This document shows, piece by piece, positions 1-11,770 of a stretch of 64,000 nt of DNA. The stretch covers positions 186,001 to 250,000 of the forward strand of contig JASTWF010000356.1 in the NCBI GenBank assembly GCA_030390025.1, written 5' to 3'. Source of the DNA: Squalus acanthias. Taxonomy: Eukaryota. A program made the translations under genes and the position numbers. Every line of letters starts with the position of its first letter. Position 1 is the stretch's first letter. The notes below the pieces were generated by a model, which was not told the DNA's origin, did no database searches, and worked only from the letters and a program-made list of their open reading frames with translations.

Positions 1-99
1 CTAAGTTTTCTTGGCATTTAGAATCTTGCTTTCGGCTCCAATTATATTTTATTCTGTTAATGCAAAATATGCAGTAAACGAAGTAAGGAGATCATTTTA

Positions 100-681
100 T
101 ATATAGGAATGAGGGTCAATTAGAAGGTGTTGCATGAATTGCAGGCAGTAACTGGTGGGGAACCGCAGGGAACGGTGCTAGGACCCCAGCTATTAAGAAT
201 ATATATTAATTATCTAGACAAGGGAATTAGATGTAATATCTGCAAGTTTGCAGACGGCACAAAACTGGGTGGGGGTGTGTGTTGTGAGGAGGATGCAGAG
301 AAACTCCAATATGATTTGGACAGGTTGGGTGATTGGGCAGATGCATGGCAGATGCAGTATAATGTGGATAAATGCCAGGTTATCCACTTTGGTAGCAAAA
401 ACAGGAGGGCAGATTATTATCTCAACGGCAGAAGATTGGGAGAAGGGGAAGTGCAACGAGACCTGGGTGTCCTTGTGCACCAATCGCTGAAGGTAAGCAT
501 GCAGGTGCAGCAGGTGGTTAAGAAGGCAAAGGGTATATTGGCCTTCATAGCGAGAGGATTCGAGAACAGGAGCCAGGATGTCTTGCTGCAGTTATACAGG
601 GCCTTGGTGGGACCAAAGCTTTAGTATTGTGTGCAGTTTTGGTCGCCTTATCTGAGGAAGGATGTTCTTGCCATGGAGGAA
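100..681 (+). mobile_element. CR1-clade LINE fragment (ORF2 reverse transcriptase, 3' part), decayed
   Basis: ORF 127-624 reads GEPQGTVLGPQL..ICKFADGTKLGG..LQYDLDRLGDWADAWQMQYNVDKCQVIHFG..LYRALVGPKL, the CR1 RT PQGSVLGP/FADD motifs. Frameshifts follow, and it is cut off by an opposite-strand copy. Confidence 0.95.
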
Positions 682-1945
682 GAGCATAGAAGCACAAGAG
701 CATAAAATATTGGAGCAGGAGTAGGCCATTCGGCCAGTCGAGCCTGCTCCGCCATTTAATGAGATCATGGTTGATCATCCAAATTCAGTACCCTGTCCCT
801 GCTTTCTCCCCATATCCGTTAAACCCTTTAGCCTTAAGAAATATATGTGTCTCCTTCTTGAATATATTTAAGGAATTGGCCTCAACTGCCTTCTGTGGTA
901 GAGAGTTTCACAGGTTCACCACTCTCTGGGTGAAGAAATTCCTCCTCATCTCAGTCCTAAGTGGCTTACCCCTTATTCTTAGACTGTGACCTCTGGTTCT
1001 GGACTCACCCGTCCTCGGGAACATCCTTCCTGCATCTAGTCTGTTTAGTCCTTTTAGAATTTTATAAGTTTCAATGAGATCACCTTTCATTCTTCTAAAC
1101 TCTAGCGAATACAAGCCCAATCGACACAATCTCTTTCATAGGTCATTCCTGCCATCCCAGGTATCAGTTTGGTGAATCTTCGCTGCATTCCCTTCATGGC
1201 AAGAACATCCTTCCTCACATAAGGCGACCAAAACTGCACACAATAATCAAGGTGTAGTCTCAGAAATGCCCTGTATAACTGCAGCAAGACATCCTTGCTC
1301 CTGTACTCGAATCATCTCGCTATGAAGGCCAAGATACCATTTGTCTTCTTAACTGCCTGCTGCACCTGCATGCTTACCTTCAGTGACTGGTGCACAAGGA
1401 CACCCAGATCTCGTTGCACTTCCCCTTTTCCCAATTTATTGCCGTTCAGATAATAATCTGCCTTCCTGTTTTTGCCACCAAAGTGGATAACCTCTCATTT
1501 ATCCACATTATACTGCATCTGCCAGGCATCTACCCAATCACTCAAACTGTCGAAATCATACTGGAGTTTCTCTGCATCCTCCTCACAGCACACAGGCCCA
1601 ATCAGCTTTGTGTCGTCTGCAAACTTGGACATATTACATCTAGTTCCCTCGTCTAGATCATGAATACATATTGTGAATAACTGGGGTCCCAGCACCGATC
1701 CCTGCGGTACCCCACTAGTCACTGCCTGCCACTCGGAAAAAGACCCATTTATACCAATCTTTGCTTCCTGTCTGCCAACCAGTTCTCTATCCTAGTCAGT
1801 ACCTTCCCCCAACCCCATGTGCTTTAAATTTGCACGCTAATCTCTTATGCGGGACCTTATCGAAAGCCTTCTGTAAGTCCAACTACACCACATCCACTGG
1901 TTCTCCATTATCTATTCTACCAGTTGCATCCTCAAAAGATTCCAG
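682..1945 (-). mobile_element. CR1-clade LINE, 5'-truncated, with 3' tail
   Basis: Minus-strand ORF pieces TSGVPQGSVLGPQLFTI..KFADDTKL, LYRAFLRLHLDYCVQFWSP and RRMKGDLIETYKIL..RRNFFTQRVVNL. The 3' tail (aatggcctactcctgctcc..ttctatg) lies at ~685-760. Confidence 0.95.
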
Positions 1946-4773
1946 CGGACTGCAGCAATGCAATGGGGGAAGGGAAGCTCGGGGATCATCTCCGCGGGTG
2001 GTGAGTGCATGCACGAGTTCTGCTGCACAGGAATCGGAAGCAGACCTCGATATAGCGACCATGAATACGCAGCTGATGAACAGGCACACGGAGAACATGG
2101 GTACAATGGAAAGAATGCCCGACAGCATGGTTGCACTGGTTAGGAGAGTTGAGCAATCTGCCAGCAGCACAGCTGTCAACTGTGCACAAACCCTTGAACC
2201 CATCCTTGCCTTGTTGTAGAGGATGGTTAAATTGCAGGGAGACCGTGGGGATCCAGAGCCCATGCCGCGTGTAATGTGTGAGGAGGCAGGATCTGTTGCA
2301 GCACAGTCCGACGCAGCACAATGGCTTATTGCTGCAATTAAGTCATTGGCTGGTGCCATCCAGTCTCAGACTGTTGCCATCCTCGCTGGGTCACCCACAG
2401 TCCACCGGCGATCTCACGGTACCGCTTGAACAGCAATCTATGCTCCGGATGCTGAGCTACTGCCCCGTGGGAGTGACAGTGTGTCGGTCGAGCAGGAAGG
2501 TGCTGTCCTCTCTCAGGATGACAGCATTCCTGCTCGCACCACTGCCACTTCCCCATTGCACTTGCCACGGCCTAAACCCAGACAGCCCAGACTGCTGCCG
2601 CCCATGCAGAGTTGGTGCAGTCCACAGCCGGGCCCTCCAGGCCCAGAGCTGGTCGAGGGCGTCCTTCAAGGCCATCTGCAGTATCTGGATCCAACATTCA
2701 GCAGCCTTCCGCCAGCCTTGCTGCAACCACTGGGGCCACATTACAGAGGAGCAGTAGGGTGGGAAGGAGGGAAGTGTGCAGGGGATGGAGATCACCCTCG
2801 AATGCCGAAAACTAAAAATTATGCAATAAATGGGGGGAATGTTTGTTGGAAAGTTTGATGTTCATCTAAATATATGTGTTTACTGTTTCGATGCTTATCT
2901 TGATGTGGTAAGAACGAGTTTTGCTCGTGTATGAATTCTTGTGTTTGTTTCTAATTGTTTGTCCTGTATAAATAAGGCACAGATTCTTATATAAATAAAA
3001 GCATTTATTGGAAATTTGCAACTTTCCTGATTTGACTCATTGGAGCTTTGCCCGGCAATAGGGGCTGCGGGATGTTTGCGATGATGTGTTTCTTGATCCC
3101 AGAAGCCATCTTCTCTGTCTTTCATCAGAAGTGGTGTCTTATCAGGCCCTTTCAGGGGGAACATCCCACGTTGGTGCTCTCCTCTTCATCCTCCACCTCC
3201 TCGCCCTCCTCCTCCTCTCCCTCTTCCTCCTGAGGTAGTGCAGCAATCCCTAGTGGCAATGGTTGGGTCCTCATGATTGCAAGGTTGTGAAGCATACAAC
3301 ACACAACAATCAAAAGCGAGACTCGCTCGGGTGACTACTGCAGGGCTCCTCCAGAGTGATCAAGATACCGGAACTATTGTTTCAAGACGCCGAACGTCTG
3401 CTCAATGAAGTTCCTGATGGCGCTATAGCTCAGAGTACTGGGAGCATTCTGGATTGTATTGCAGCTCAGCAGGAGTGTTGGGGTTACGGTGCGGTGACAT
3501 CAGCCAGGTGCAGTGTAGATAGCCCGTGTCCCCGAGGAGCCATCCACGAGGTTGATGCAGTGGTTGGAAGAGGTACACCGGTCTGGTACAGGTTAAAAGT
3601 ATCATGGCTGCTGCCAGGATAGTGGGCATTGAGGGCGAGGAAGCGCTGTCTGTGGTCACACACCAACTGGATATTCAGTGAGTGAAAGCCCTTCAAGTTT
3701 TGAAACACCTCTACATTGTCATGAGGTACCTGCAATGCCACATGGGTGCTGTCAATGGCACCCTGAATCATGGGGAAGCCCGCTAACCTAGCAAAGCCAC
3801 ATGCACGACCGCGCTGTTTCTCCCAGATCAGGGGGAAAGAGATGTACTCCCTTCTCCTTTTGTAGATAGCATTTGTGACCTCCCGAATGCAGCATTGGAC
3901 AGAGAACTGGGAGATATTCGCTCTGTCGCGAGTTGAAGCCTGGAAGGAGCCGCTGGCATAGAAATTCAGAGCCACCGTCACCTTCACTGCCACCGACAGA
4001 GAGGTCCTGGTCCTGAGCTGAGGCTGCAGGTCTGGTTGCAGGAGGTGGCTGAGCTCAGTGAACACCTCCTTGCTGAAGCTCAGCATTCTGAAACACTGCT
4101 CCTCAGAGAAATGGATATAGGAGGAGAATTGCTGCCGGAACACCCAGGGAGAGTAAGGTCTCCTGTGCAGAGGCCTATTGGTCCTCCTCCCTCTGGCCAC
4201 GTTTGCCACTCTCTCTCTCTACGCCTCTGCTGCCTCCTAAGGTGAAGCTGGAGGATGACACCCCAAGTTAGTACAGCCCCCATTTAAAATGTTCTAAATG
4301 TGGTAAATACGAAGCTCAGAGAAATAGGAAGATGAAAAGTGTTGCTCAGGACCCAAACTCCTTAGGACTGCGTTAAATCTCTCCAGACGTCTCTCTCCTT
4401 CTCAACCTGTGTATGCCAAAGATTTTGCCAACAAGAAAAAGCAGGAAGCGCACGCCTAAAAATAGCGCTCCCGCAGCTCCTTCCCTTCTTCAAAACGTTC
4501 CCCTCTACTTGTTGTTCCTAGCGGCAAGCGGTAAGGGAGGGCACGATAATTAATTTCCGGTCCGGGGCGCTACCGGGACGTTGCACGCTCGCATGACTTC
4601 ACGGTCTGCGGGCACAGGTGACCGAGGCGGTAATGTTTAGCACCACCGCAAAACGACAGCTCAATTTGCCGAGTGGCGCAAAAATCGCTGCACTCGGGCA
4701 GTAAGTTGCTGTGCAGCATTAGCGCCCTTCAGATGCGCTAAAGAGAGGCGCTAACCAAATGAATGTTTCCCCC
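1946..4773. mobile_element. PIF/Harbinger DNA transposon remnant (left end lost)
   Basis: Contains a HARBI1-like transposase on the minus strand and a convergent plus-strand Pro/Ser/Ala-rich degenerate ORF tail (probable Myb/SANT partner). GC-rich subterminal region with recurring (G)GCGCTA(A)/TTAGCGC motifs at 4460-4755. Candidate terminal inverted-repeat end ..GAATGTTTCCCCC at 4761-4773, followed by TCA. Confidence 0.8.
3030..4283 (-). pseudogene. Harbinger (HARBI1-like) DDE transposase pseudogene
   Basis: ORF 3484-4209: KVTVALNFYASGSFQ..ISQFSVQCCIREVTNAI..GFPMIQGAIDSTHVAL..NLKGFHSLNIQLVCD..YPGSSHD. Shifted frames give WLLGDTGY, IEQTFGVLKQ*FRYLDHSGGALQ* and CCMLHNLA plus an acidic tail. 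Multiple stops and frameshifts. Confidence 0.92.
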
Positions 4774-4806
4774 TCAGACTCTTATTTTTGAAGGAGTAGC
4801 TCGGCT

Positions 4807-4890
4807 CCTTATTCCTGTCACCAAAATGCACCACCTCACGTTACCCATATTGAAATTAATTTCTCATTTACATGCCCATTCTGCAAGTTT
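4807..4890 (-). mobile_element. Short CR1 RT fragment
   Basis: Minus strand reads approximately KLAEWACK*EINFNMG..EVVHFG with an indel. Confidence 0.65.
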
Positions 4891-5969
4891 GTTTATGGTA
4901 GAATTAATTAAAAGCTTTTAGTTCATCATGTGCAAACTCTACTTAAACAAAAATTTGTCAGAAATGACTGGGATATAAAACAACTGCAGAATAATGAATT
5001 AACACTTCGGAAACGTCACTCAGTCACACATCGACAAACAATCCAAAAGCCCAAGGTGAGCTGAATGAGGCAGATCTATTCGTGCAATTTGTATTAATGT
5101 TAAAGTTTTCAACGTATTAGCCCATCCCTCATGTCACTATAGCAATGGCTGCACAAGCAGCGGGAGCAGCGGCTTTCCTATGGCGCTGACGTGCTGTACG
5201 TCCAGATATGTCATCAGAATATTAATCACAATGCAACCAGACAACCAAAAAATATAAAGTGCTGTAGTTCTTTAGTTCACAGTATTAGAAATAATTGAAC
5301 AATAATGGGCATCCGTATTTCAAACTTCAAACTCTTCCATTAATAAACGTGGTCTTGTTGAACCAGTACACCCCCCATGTAATATGTCAGAAATGCAGCT
5401 CTTTTTCACAAGTGCAGAAAAACACATACACAATGTGTGTCACTGAATTAAATCAAAAAGCTGGAAAAGCAATGATTTAACACAAATAAATATTCATCAT
5501 TCTTCCTGGACAAGAGAACCAATCAGACTGACTTGGAAATATTTACTAATATGTTGATGTAAAGATGTTAATTTAAAAATTTTGCTTCCAATGTTTTTTC
5601 TCTCAAACATTCTCCACATTATTAATCCCTGCTCTTATCACGAAAAGTGTTGAATTATTTTAGATACTTACCAATTAAATAGCAGGAAATAAACTTCATG
5701 TTGCTCTCCATTTTTAATCTCCTCATTCAAACATTTATAGCAAATATAAATTGTACATTATCAGTTCAATCAAAGTATTTTGTGTGTCTTTCTCAATAAA
5801 CAAATAATGGTTTCATCTAAAGTAGCTTCCTGCATTTTTCATAGATCAGTACAGAGTTCTTGTTTCTATTAACACTCCACTAAACATTTAAGAGAAAATC
5901 TATATTTACATTATTCCTGTGACTTGTTCAGACTATAGAACGACAGACACAATGAAAACGTTCACAATA

Positions 5970-6370
5970 GCAAAATACAGCGGATGCTGGAATCTGAAAC
6001 ATAAACAGGAAATGCTGGAAATTCTCAGCAGGTCAGGCAGCATCTGTGCAGAGAGAGAGAAACAAAGTTAACGTTTCAGGTCTGTGACCTTTCGTCCCAA
6101 CTGAAAAAAGTTAGAGATGTAACAGATTTTAATCAGGTGCATAGACCGGATTTAACCACTCCTGCCTTCCAACATATCACAGACCATCCCTTTTGTTCCT
6201 TCCTCCCCTCCCGCCTTTCCCTGCCTCTGCACCTGGTTAAAATCTGTTACAACTATAATATTTTCCAGTTCCGACGAAAGGTCACAGACCTGAAACGTTA
6301 AAGCTGTTTCTCTCTCTCTCTCCACAGATGCTGACAGACCTGCTGAGTATTTCCAGTATGTTCTGTTTTT
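5970..6370. mobile_element. Penelope-like retroelement terminal remnant arranged as a long inverted repeat
   Basis: ~6002-6141 is the reverse complement of ~6227-6370 (e.g. ctcagcaggtcaggcagcatctgtg..aacgtttcaggtctgtgacctttcgtc versus gacgaaaggtcacagacctgaaacgtt..cacagatgctgacagacctgctgag). Each arm holds a hammerhead-like core of the kind known from Penelope pseudo-LTRs. Confidence 0.75.
6271..6300 (+). ncRNA. Degenerate minimal hammerhead ribozyme core
   Basis: CCGACGA-A-AGGTC-ACA-GACCT-GAAACGTTA: a CUGANGA box with one mismatch, a perfect 5-bp stem II, the GAAA box and palindromic AACGTT. A second copy lies on the minus strand at ~6069-6098 (GGGACGA box). Confidence 0.6.
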
Positions 6371-7354
6371 ACATTATATAAAATAAAATGGTTTGTGTTT
6401 TTCCACTTTTTTGGTTCTCTTTCTAAATGTCTTAATGCTATTTTTAAAAAGTAAATAAAAAGTAGGATGTAACTCCCCCCAAATCCATCACTGCCTTCCC
6501 CCTCCTCGACAGTATGGTTGCATGTTTGTGTGAAGCTACTCACTTCAGTCGATCGTTCAAAATCAAATATTGTAAAATTTCAATTATAAAATGTTTTAAG
6601 CGTTTCAGAGCCTCCTTAAAAACGTTCGGACTTCAAGACCCGCTTGAAACTTGTTTAGACGAGGGTAACAATGATTTATTATTGGTGCTTCCAAAATCAT
6701 ACCAGAAAATTAGGGTGAAAAAAGTGTTTTTAACGTTAATTTTTTGTGAAAAGTTAATTAAAAGTCTTTAAATTCTTTCTAGTCTCATTGCAGCTTTGAC
6801 AGAAGAAGTTGCTCCAAGTTTCTCTTTCCCTCTTCAATGCTGTCGTTAAACATGCAACAATAAAATAAAGTAAACTCTAACTCCAAACGGAGCTCAAATA
6901 AGAAAGTGAATAAAGTGATTAATCATCCAAAGAAGGCGGTGAGGTTTTCTCTCCTCAGTCTTGGTGATGAGTTGGGATCAGTTCTGGAGAAGTTGTTTCC
7001 TTTATTTCTGCTGTCGTTCCCTCCGTTTCTCACAGACTCGGAGGTACAGACGGGTGACAATCTTTTCCCCCTCTCCCCATAACATTATAAAATAACCCTA
7101 ATAAACTCTTTCAAAAAGGGGAAAATATCTGGCAAAATTTAACTGGAACGTACCGCGGGACATTCAACATCACTTTCCCGTATTTTTTGCGGATTTAAGT
7201 AATTTTCCGATTTAAAAAAAAATTCACTTAGGGCCTAAATGTTGTTTGCTTTCGCCTCCTTCCAGCGGCCCTTGTACATGGGCAGCAGCTCTACCTGTGT
7301 TGTTGTGAGACCCGGCTTAGTCCCGGGGAGTGGAACACATTATCCTGGACCCTC

Positions 7355-7469
7355 ACCCCTCTCTCTCTCGCTGTGTGCCCCTCTCCCTGTCCCTCCCTCT
7401 GTTTCACTCTCTATCGCCCTCTATCCCTGTCTCTCTCTCTAAATCTTCCTCTGTCCCTGTCTCTCTCTC

Positions 7470-7502
<33 letters not shown>

Positions 7503-10176
7503 CTCCCTCTATCCCTGCCTCTCTCTCTCAATCTCCCTCTGTCCCAGTCTCTCTCTCTCTCTCTCTCTCTCTCCCTCTGTCCCTGTCTCTCTATCTCCCT
7601 CTATCCCTGTCTCTCTCTCAATCTCCCCCTGTCCCTCTCTCTCTCTCTCTCTGTATCTCAATCTCTCTTGCCCTCTGTCCCTGTCCCTCTCTCCATCTCC
7701 CTCTGCCCCTGTCTCTCTGTCCATCTGTCCCTCTCTCTCTCTCCGTCTCTCTCTCTCTCTCTCTCCCTCTGACCCTCTCTCTCTCTCTCTCTCTCTCTCC
7801 CTCTGCCCCTGTATCTCTCTCTATCTCCCTCTGTCCCTGTCTCTCTCTCCATATCCCTCTGTCTCTGTCTCTCTCTCCCTATCTCTCTCTGTCTGACTCT
7901 CTATCTCCCTCTGTCCCTCTCTCTCTCTCTGTCTGTCCCTCTCTCTCTTTCTCCCCCTCTGCCCCTGTCTCTCTCTCTATCTGTCCCTCTCTCTCTCTTT
8001 CTCCCCCTCTTTCCCTGTCTCTCTCTCTCCATCTGTCCCTGTCTCTCTCTCTCACCCTGCCAATCTGTCTCTGTCTCTCTCTCTCGTGACCTCCCTCTGT
8101 CATTGTCTCTCTCTCTCCCCCGGTCTCTCTCTCCCTCCTACAGTCTCACCCTCTCCCAGTCTCTCTCTCTCCCTAGTCTCTCACTCTCCCCTAGTCTCCC
8201 ACTTCCCCAGTCTCTCTCACACCCCCAGTCTATCCCTCCCTTGTTTCTCACTCTCCCCTTGTCTCTCCCTCTCTCCCCAGTCTCTCTCACACCCACAGTC
8301 TCTCCCTCCCTTGTCTCTCACTCTCCCCTAGTCTCTCTGTCTCTCTCCCAATATCTCTCTCTCCCCAGTCTCTCTCTCTCTCTCTCCCGTCTCTCTCTCG
8401 CCCCAGTCTCTCTCTCTCCCCAGTCTCTCTCTGTCTCTCTCCATCTCCACACGTCTCTCTGTCTCTCCCCAGATTCTCTCTCTCACAAGACTCTCTCTCT
8501 CTTTCCCAGTTTCTCTCTCTCTCCCCCACTCTCTCTCCCACCTTTCTCTGACCCCCCAGTCTCTCTCCCTGTCTCTCTCTCTTCCCGTCTCTCTCTCGCT
8601 CCCCTGTCTCTCTCTCACTCCCGGTCTCTCTCTCCCCAGTCTCTCTCACCCCCAGTCTCTCTATCACCCCAGTCTCTCTCGCTCCCCAGGTTTTCTCTCT
8701 CCCTATTATCTCTCTCTCTCAGTCTCTCTCTCCCCAACCTCTCTCTCACCCCTCTCTCTCCTTCTCCCCGTCTCTCTCTCCACAGTCTATCTCTCCCTAC
8801 CCTTTCTCTCTCTCCCCAGTCCCTCTCCCCCTCCCCGTCTCTCTCACTCCTGTCTCTCTCTCTCTCTTCCCTCTCTCTCACCCCAATCTCTCTCTCACCC
8901 CAGTCTCTCTCGCTTCCCAGTGTCTCTCTCTCCTCAGTCTCTGTTCTCCCAATCTCTTGCTCTCCCTCCCCACTCTCTTTCTCCCAGTCTCTCTCTCACA
9001 ACCAGTCTCTCTCTCACCCCAGTCTCTCTCGCTCCCCAGTTCCCCTCTCTCTCTATTTTCTCTCTCTTTCTCTCTCTTCGGCTATCTCTCTCCCCCACTC
9101 TCTATCTCTCCCCCTCTTTCTCTCCCCGTCTATCTCTCCCCAGTCTCTCTCTCTCTCCCTCTCTCTATTCCATCTCTCTCTCGCTCCCCAGTCTCTCCAT
9201 CTCTTCCAGTCTCTCTCTCGCTCCCCAGACTCTCTCTCTGTCACACGTCTCTCTCTCTCTTTTTCACTCTCCATGTCTCTCTTACTCAGCATTCTCTTTC
9301 TCACCCCCCTTTATCTCTCTCTCCCCCGTCTCTCTCTTTCCCAGTCTCTCTCCCCTGTTCTCTCTCTCTCCCCAATCTATCTCCCCATCTCTCTCCCAGT
9401 CTCCATCTCTCCCCAGAATCTCTCACTCCCCCTCACTCTCTCTCCTAGTCTCTCTCTCCCCAGTCTCTCTCTCTATCTCTCTCCCGCTCTCTCTTGTCTC
9501 TGTCTCGCTCCCCAGTCTCTCCGCCGTCTCTCTCTCCCAGTCTCTCTCTCTCTCCACATCTCTCTCTCCCCCAGTCTGTAGCTTCCTGCCCGACTCTCTC
9601 TCTCCCTCCATTATCTCTTTCTCCCAGTCTCTCTCTCTCCCCACTATCTCTCTCTCTCACTCTCCCTCTCCCCGTCTCTCTCTCATCCTCTTTCTCTCTC
9701 CCAGTCTCTCTCTCTCACCCTCTCTTTCTCAATCTCTCTCTCGCAGTCTCTCTCTGCAGTCTCTCTCCCCAATTTATGTCTCTCACCCTCTCTCTCGCTC
9801 TCGCAATCTCTCTCCTGATTCTCTATCTCTCTCCCTCTCTCTCCCAGTCTCTCCTTCCACAGTCTCTCTTTTTCACAGTCCCTCTCTCCCATTCTCTCGC
9901 GCCCCGTCTCTCTCTCTCTCTCTCAGTCTCTCTCTCACCCTTTCTCTCCCCAGTCTCTCTCTCTCTCCCCAGTCTCTCTCTCTCTCCAGAATCTCTCTCT
10001 CCTCTAATCTCTGTCTCTCTCCCCAGTCACTCTTTCTCTTTCCCCCGAGTGTATCTCTCTCTCCACAGTCTCTCACTCTCATCTAATCGCTGTCTCTCTC
10101 ACCAGTCTCCCTCCCTGGCTCTCTCTCTTCCAGTCTGCCTTTCTCCCCACTATCTGTCTCTCTCCCCGTCTCTCTC
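7355..10176. repeat. 2.8-kb imperfect (CT)n polypyrimidine tract
   Basis: Almost pure C/T on the plus strand. The proximal part is built of ctctctccctctgtccctgt-like units and the distal part of ctctctctccccagt-like units. Confidence 0.97.
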
Positions 10177-10845
10177 ATAATATGATTGAATTTTCCATTC
10201 AGTTTGAGAGAGAGAAGTGTGGGTCCAAGACTAGTATTTTAAACTTAAATAAGGGCATTAAGAGGTCATGAAATCAGAGCTAGCTAAAGTGAACTGGCAA
10301 ATTAGGTTAAGAGATAGTTCAACAGAGACATTTAAGGGGATATTTCAAAATACACGGAATATATACATTCCAACAAGAACGAAAAATTCCCAGGGGAGGA
10401 CTCGCCATTCGTGGTTAACTAAAACATTTAAAGGTATTAAACTTAACGAAAAAAAATATAATTGGGCAAAGATGGGTGGCAGGTCAGAAGATTTAACAGA
10501 ATATAAAAATCAGAAAGGAATGCCTAAAAGATTAATAAGGAGAGGAATATTAGAGTACGAGAGAAAGCCAGCTAGAAATTTAAAAACAGTTAGTAAGAGT
10601 TTCTATAGATATTTAAAAAGAAAAGAGTTAACAAAGTGAGCGTTGGTACTATCAAAAGTGAGTCTGGGGAATTAATAATGGAAAATCAGGAGATGGCAGT
10701 TGAATTGAACAGTTTATTTTGAATCGGTCTTCACTATAGAGGATACAAGTAACATTCCAGAAATAAATGTAAATCAGGAAGTGGAAGGGAAGGAGGAACT
10801 CAAGAAAATTATAATCATCAGGGAAGTGGTGGTAAGCAACTGGAC
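10177..10845 (+). mobile_element. CR1 LINE ORF2 internal fragment (endonuclease-RT linker)
   Basis: MIEFSIQFEREKCGSKTSILNLNKG.., and ORF 10268-10639 (KSELAKVNWQIRL..LEYERKPARNLKTVSKSFYRYLKRK). Confidence 0.85.
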
Positions 10846-11496
10846 AGATGCATCTGCGACAGGTAGATTGGTGAGGACGAGGTAAAGTAGGTTTCCCACT
10901 CATGTTGGTTCTCTCACCAACTGTCGCAGGTCCAGACTTGCAGTTATGTCCTTCAGGACTCGGCCAGCAGTGGTGCTAGCGAGCCACATCTTGGTGATGG
11001 ACATTGAAGGCCCCCACCCAGAGTACATTCTGTGCCCTTGCTACTCTCAGTGCTTCTTCCAAGTGATGTTCAACATGGCGGAGTACTGATTGATCAGCTG
11101 AGGAAGGGTGGTAGGTTGTAATCAGCAGGAGGTTTTGCTTGCCCGGAGTCAATGATGAGGACTCCTTGGGCCAGTCCTTCCCGACTGTTTCCAACGGTGC
11201 CGCCACCCGTGGTGGGGCAGGACATACCCAATGGAAGGTGAAGGAGGAGTTTGGCACGTTGGCTGAAAGGTATGATTCGGTGAGTATGACAATGTCAGGC
11301 TGTTGCTTGACTGGCCTGTGGGATAGTTCTCCCAATTTTGGCACAAGTCCCCAGATGTTGGTGAGGTGGAATTTGCAGGGTCGACTGGGCTGGGTGTGCC
11401 GTTGCCATGTACGGAGCCAGTTCCGAGGTCGATGCCGGGTGGTTCTTCCAGTTTCATTCTTATTATTTTGTTTCGTAGTGGTTAGTTACAACTGAG
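10846..11496 (-). mobile_element. LINE family B (CR1/L2 group): 5' end of ORF2, APE endonuclease N-terminus
   Basis: TNIWGLVPKLGELSHRPVKQQPDIVILTESYL..NLLLITTYHPSSADQSVLRHVEHHLEEALRVARAQNVLWVGAFNVHH, matching APE motifs N-x-x-GL, DI-x-x-LTE and GDFN. Confidence 0.85.
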
Positions 11497-11770
11497 GGCA
11501 ATTAAGAATCAACCACATTCCCGTGGGTCTGGAGTCACATATAGGCCAGACCAGGTAAGGACGGCAGATTTCCTTCCCTAAAAGAAATTAATGAACCAGA
11601 TGGGTTTTTACGACAATCCGATAGTTTCATAGTTATCATTACTGATACTAGCTTTTTATTCCAGATTTATTTAATTAACTGAAATTAAATTCCCCAGCTG
11701 CCGCGGTGGGATTTGAACTCACGTCTCCGGATCATTAGTCCAGATGACATTACCACTACGCTACCGTTCC
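11497..11770 (-). mobile_element. tRNA-derived SINE-like head/body, contiguous with the 5' end of LINE family B
   Basis: Minus strand GGGAACGGTAGCGTAGTGGTAATG (A box)..GAGTTCAAATCCCACC (B box)..GGGAAGGAAATCTGCCGTCCTTACC. Homologous to 16500-16702 and 23073-23370. Confidence 0.85.

Noticed and set aside
3484..4209. Domesticated host HARBI1 gene
   Set aside because: Frameshifts and stops, plus transposon-like termini, indicate a decayed mobile copy.
7330..10180. Long Ser/Leu/Pro and Glu/Arg ORFs (up to 492 aa)
   Set aside because: By-products of the stop-poor (CT)n tract.
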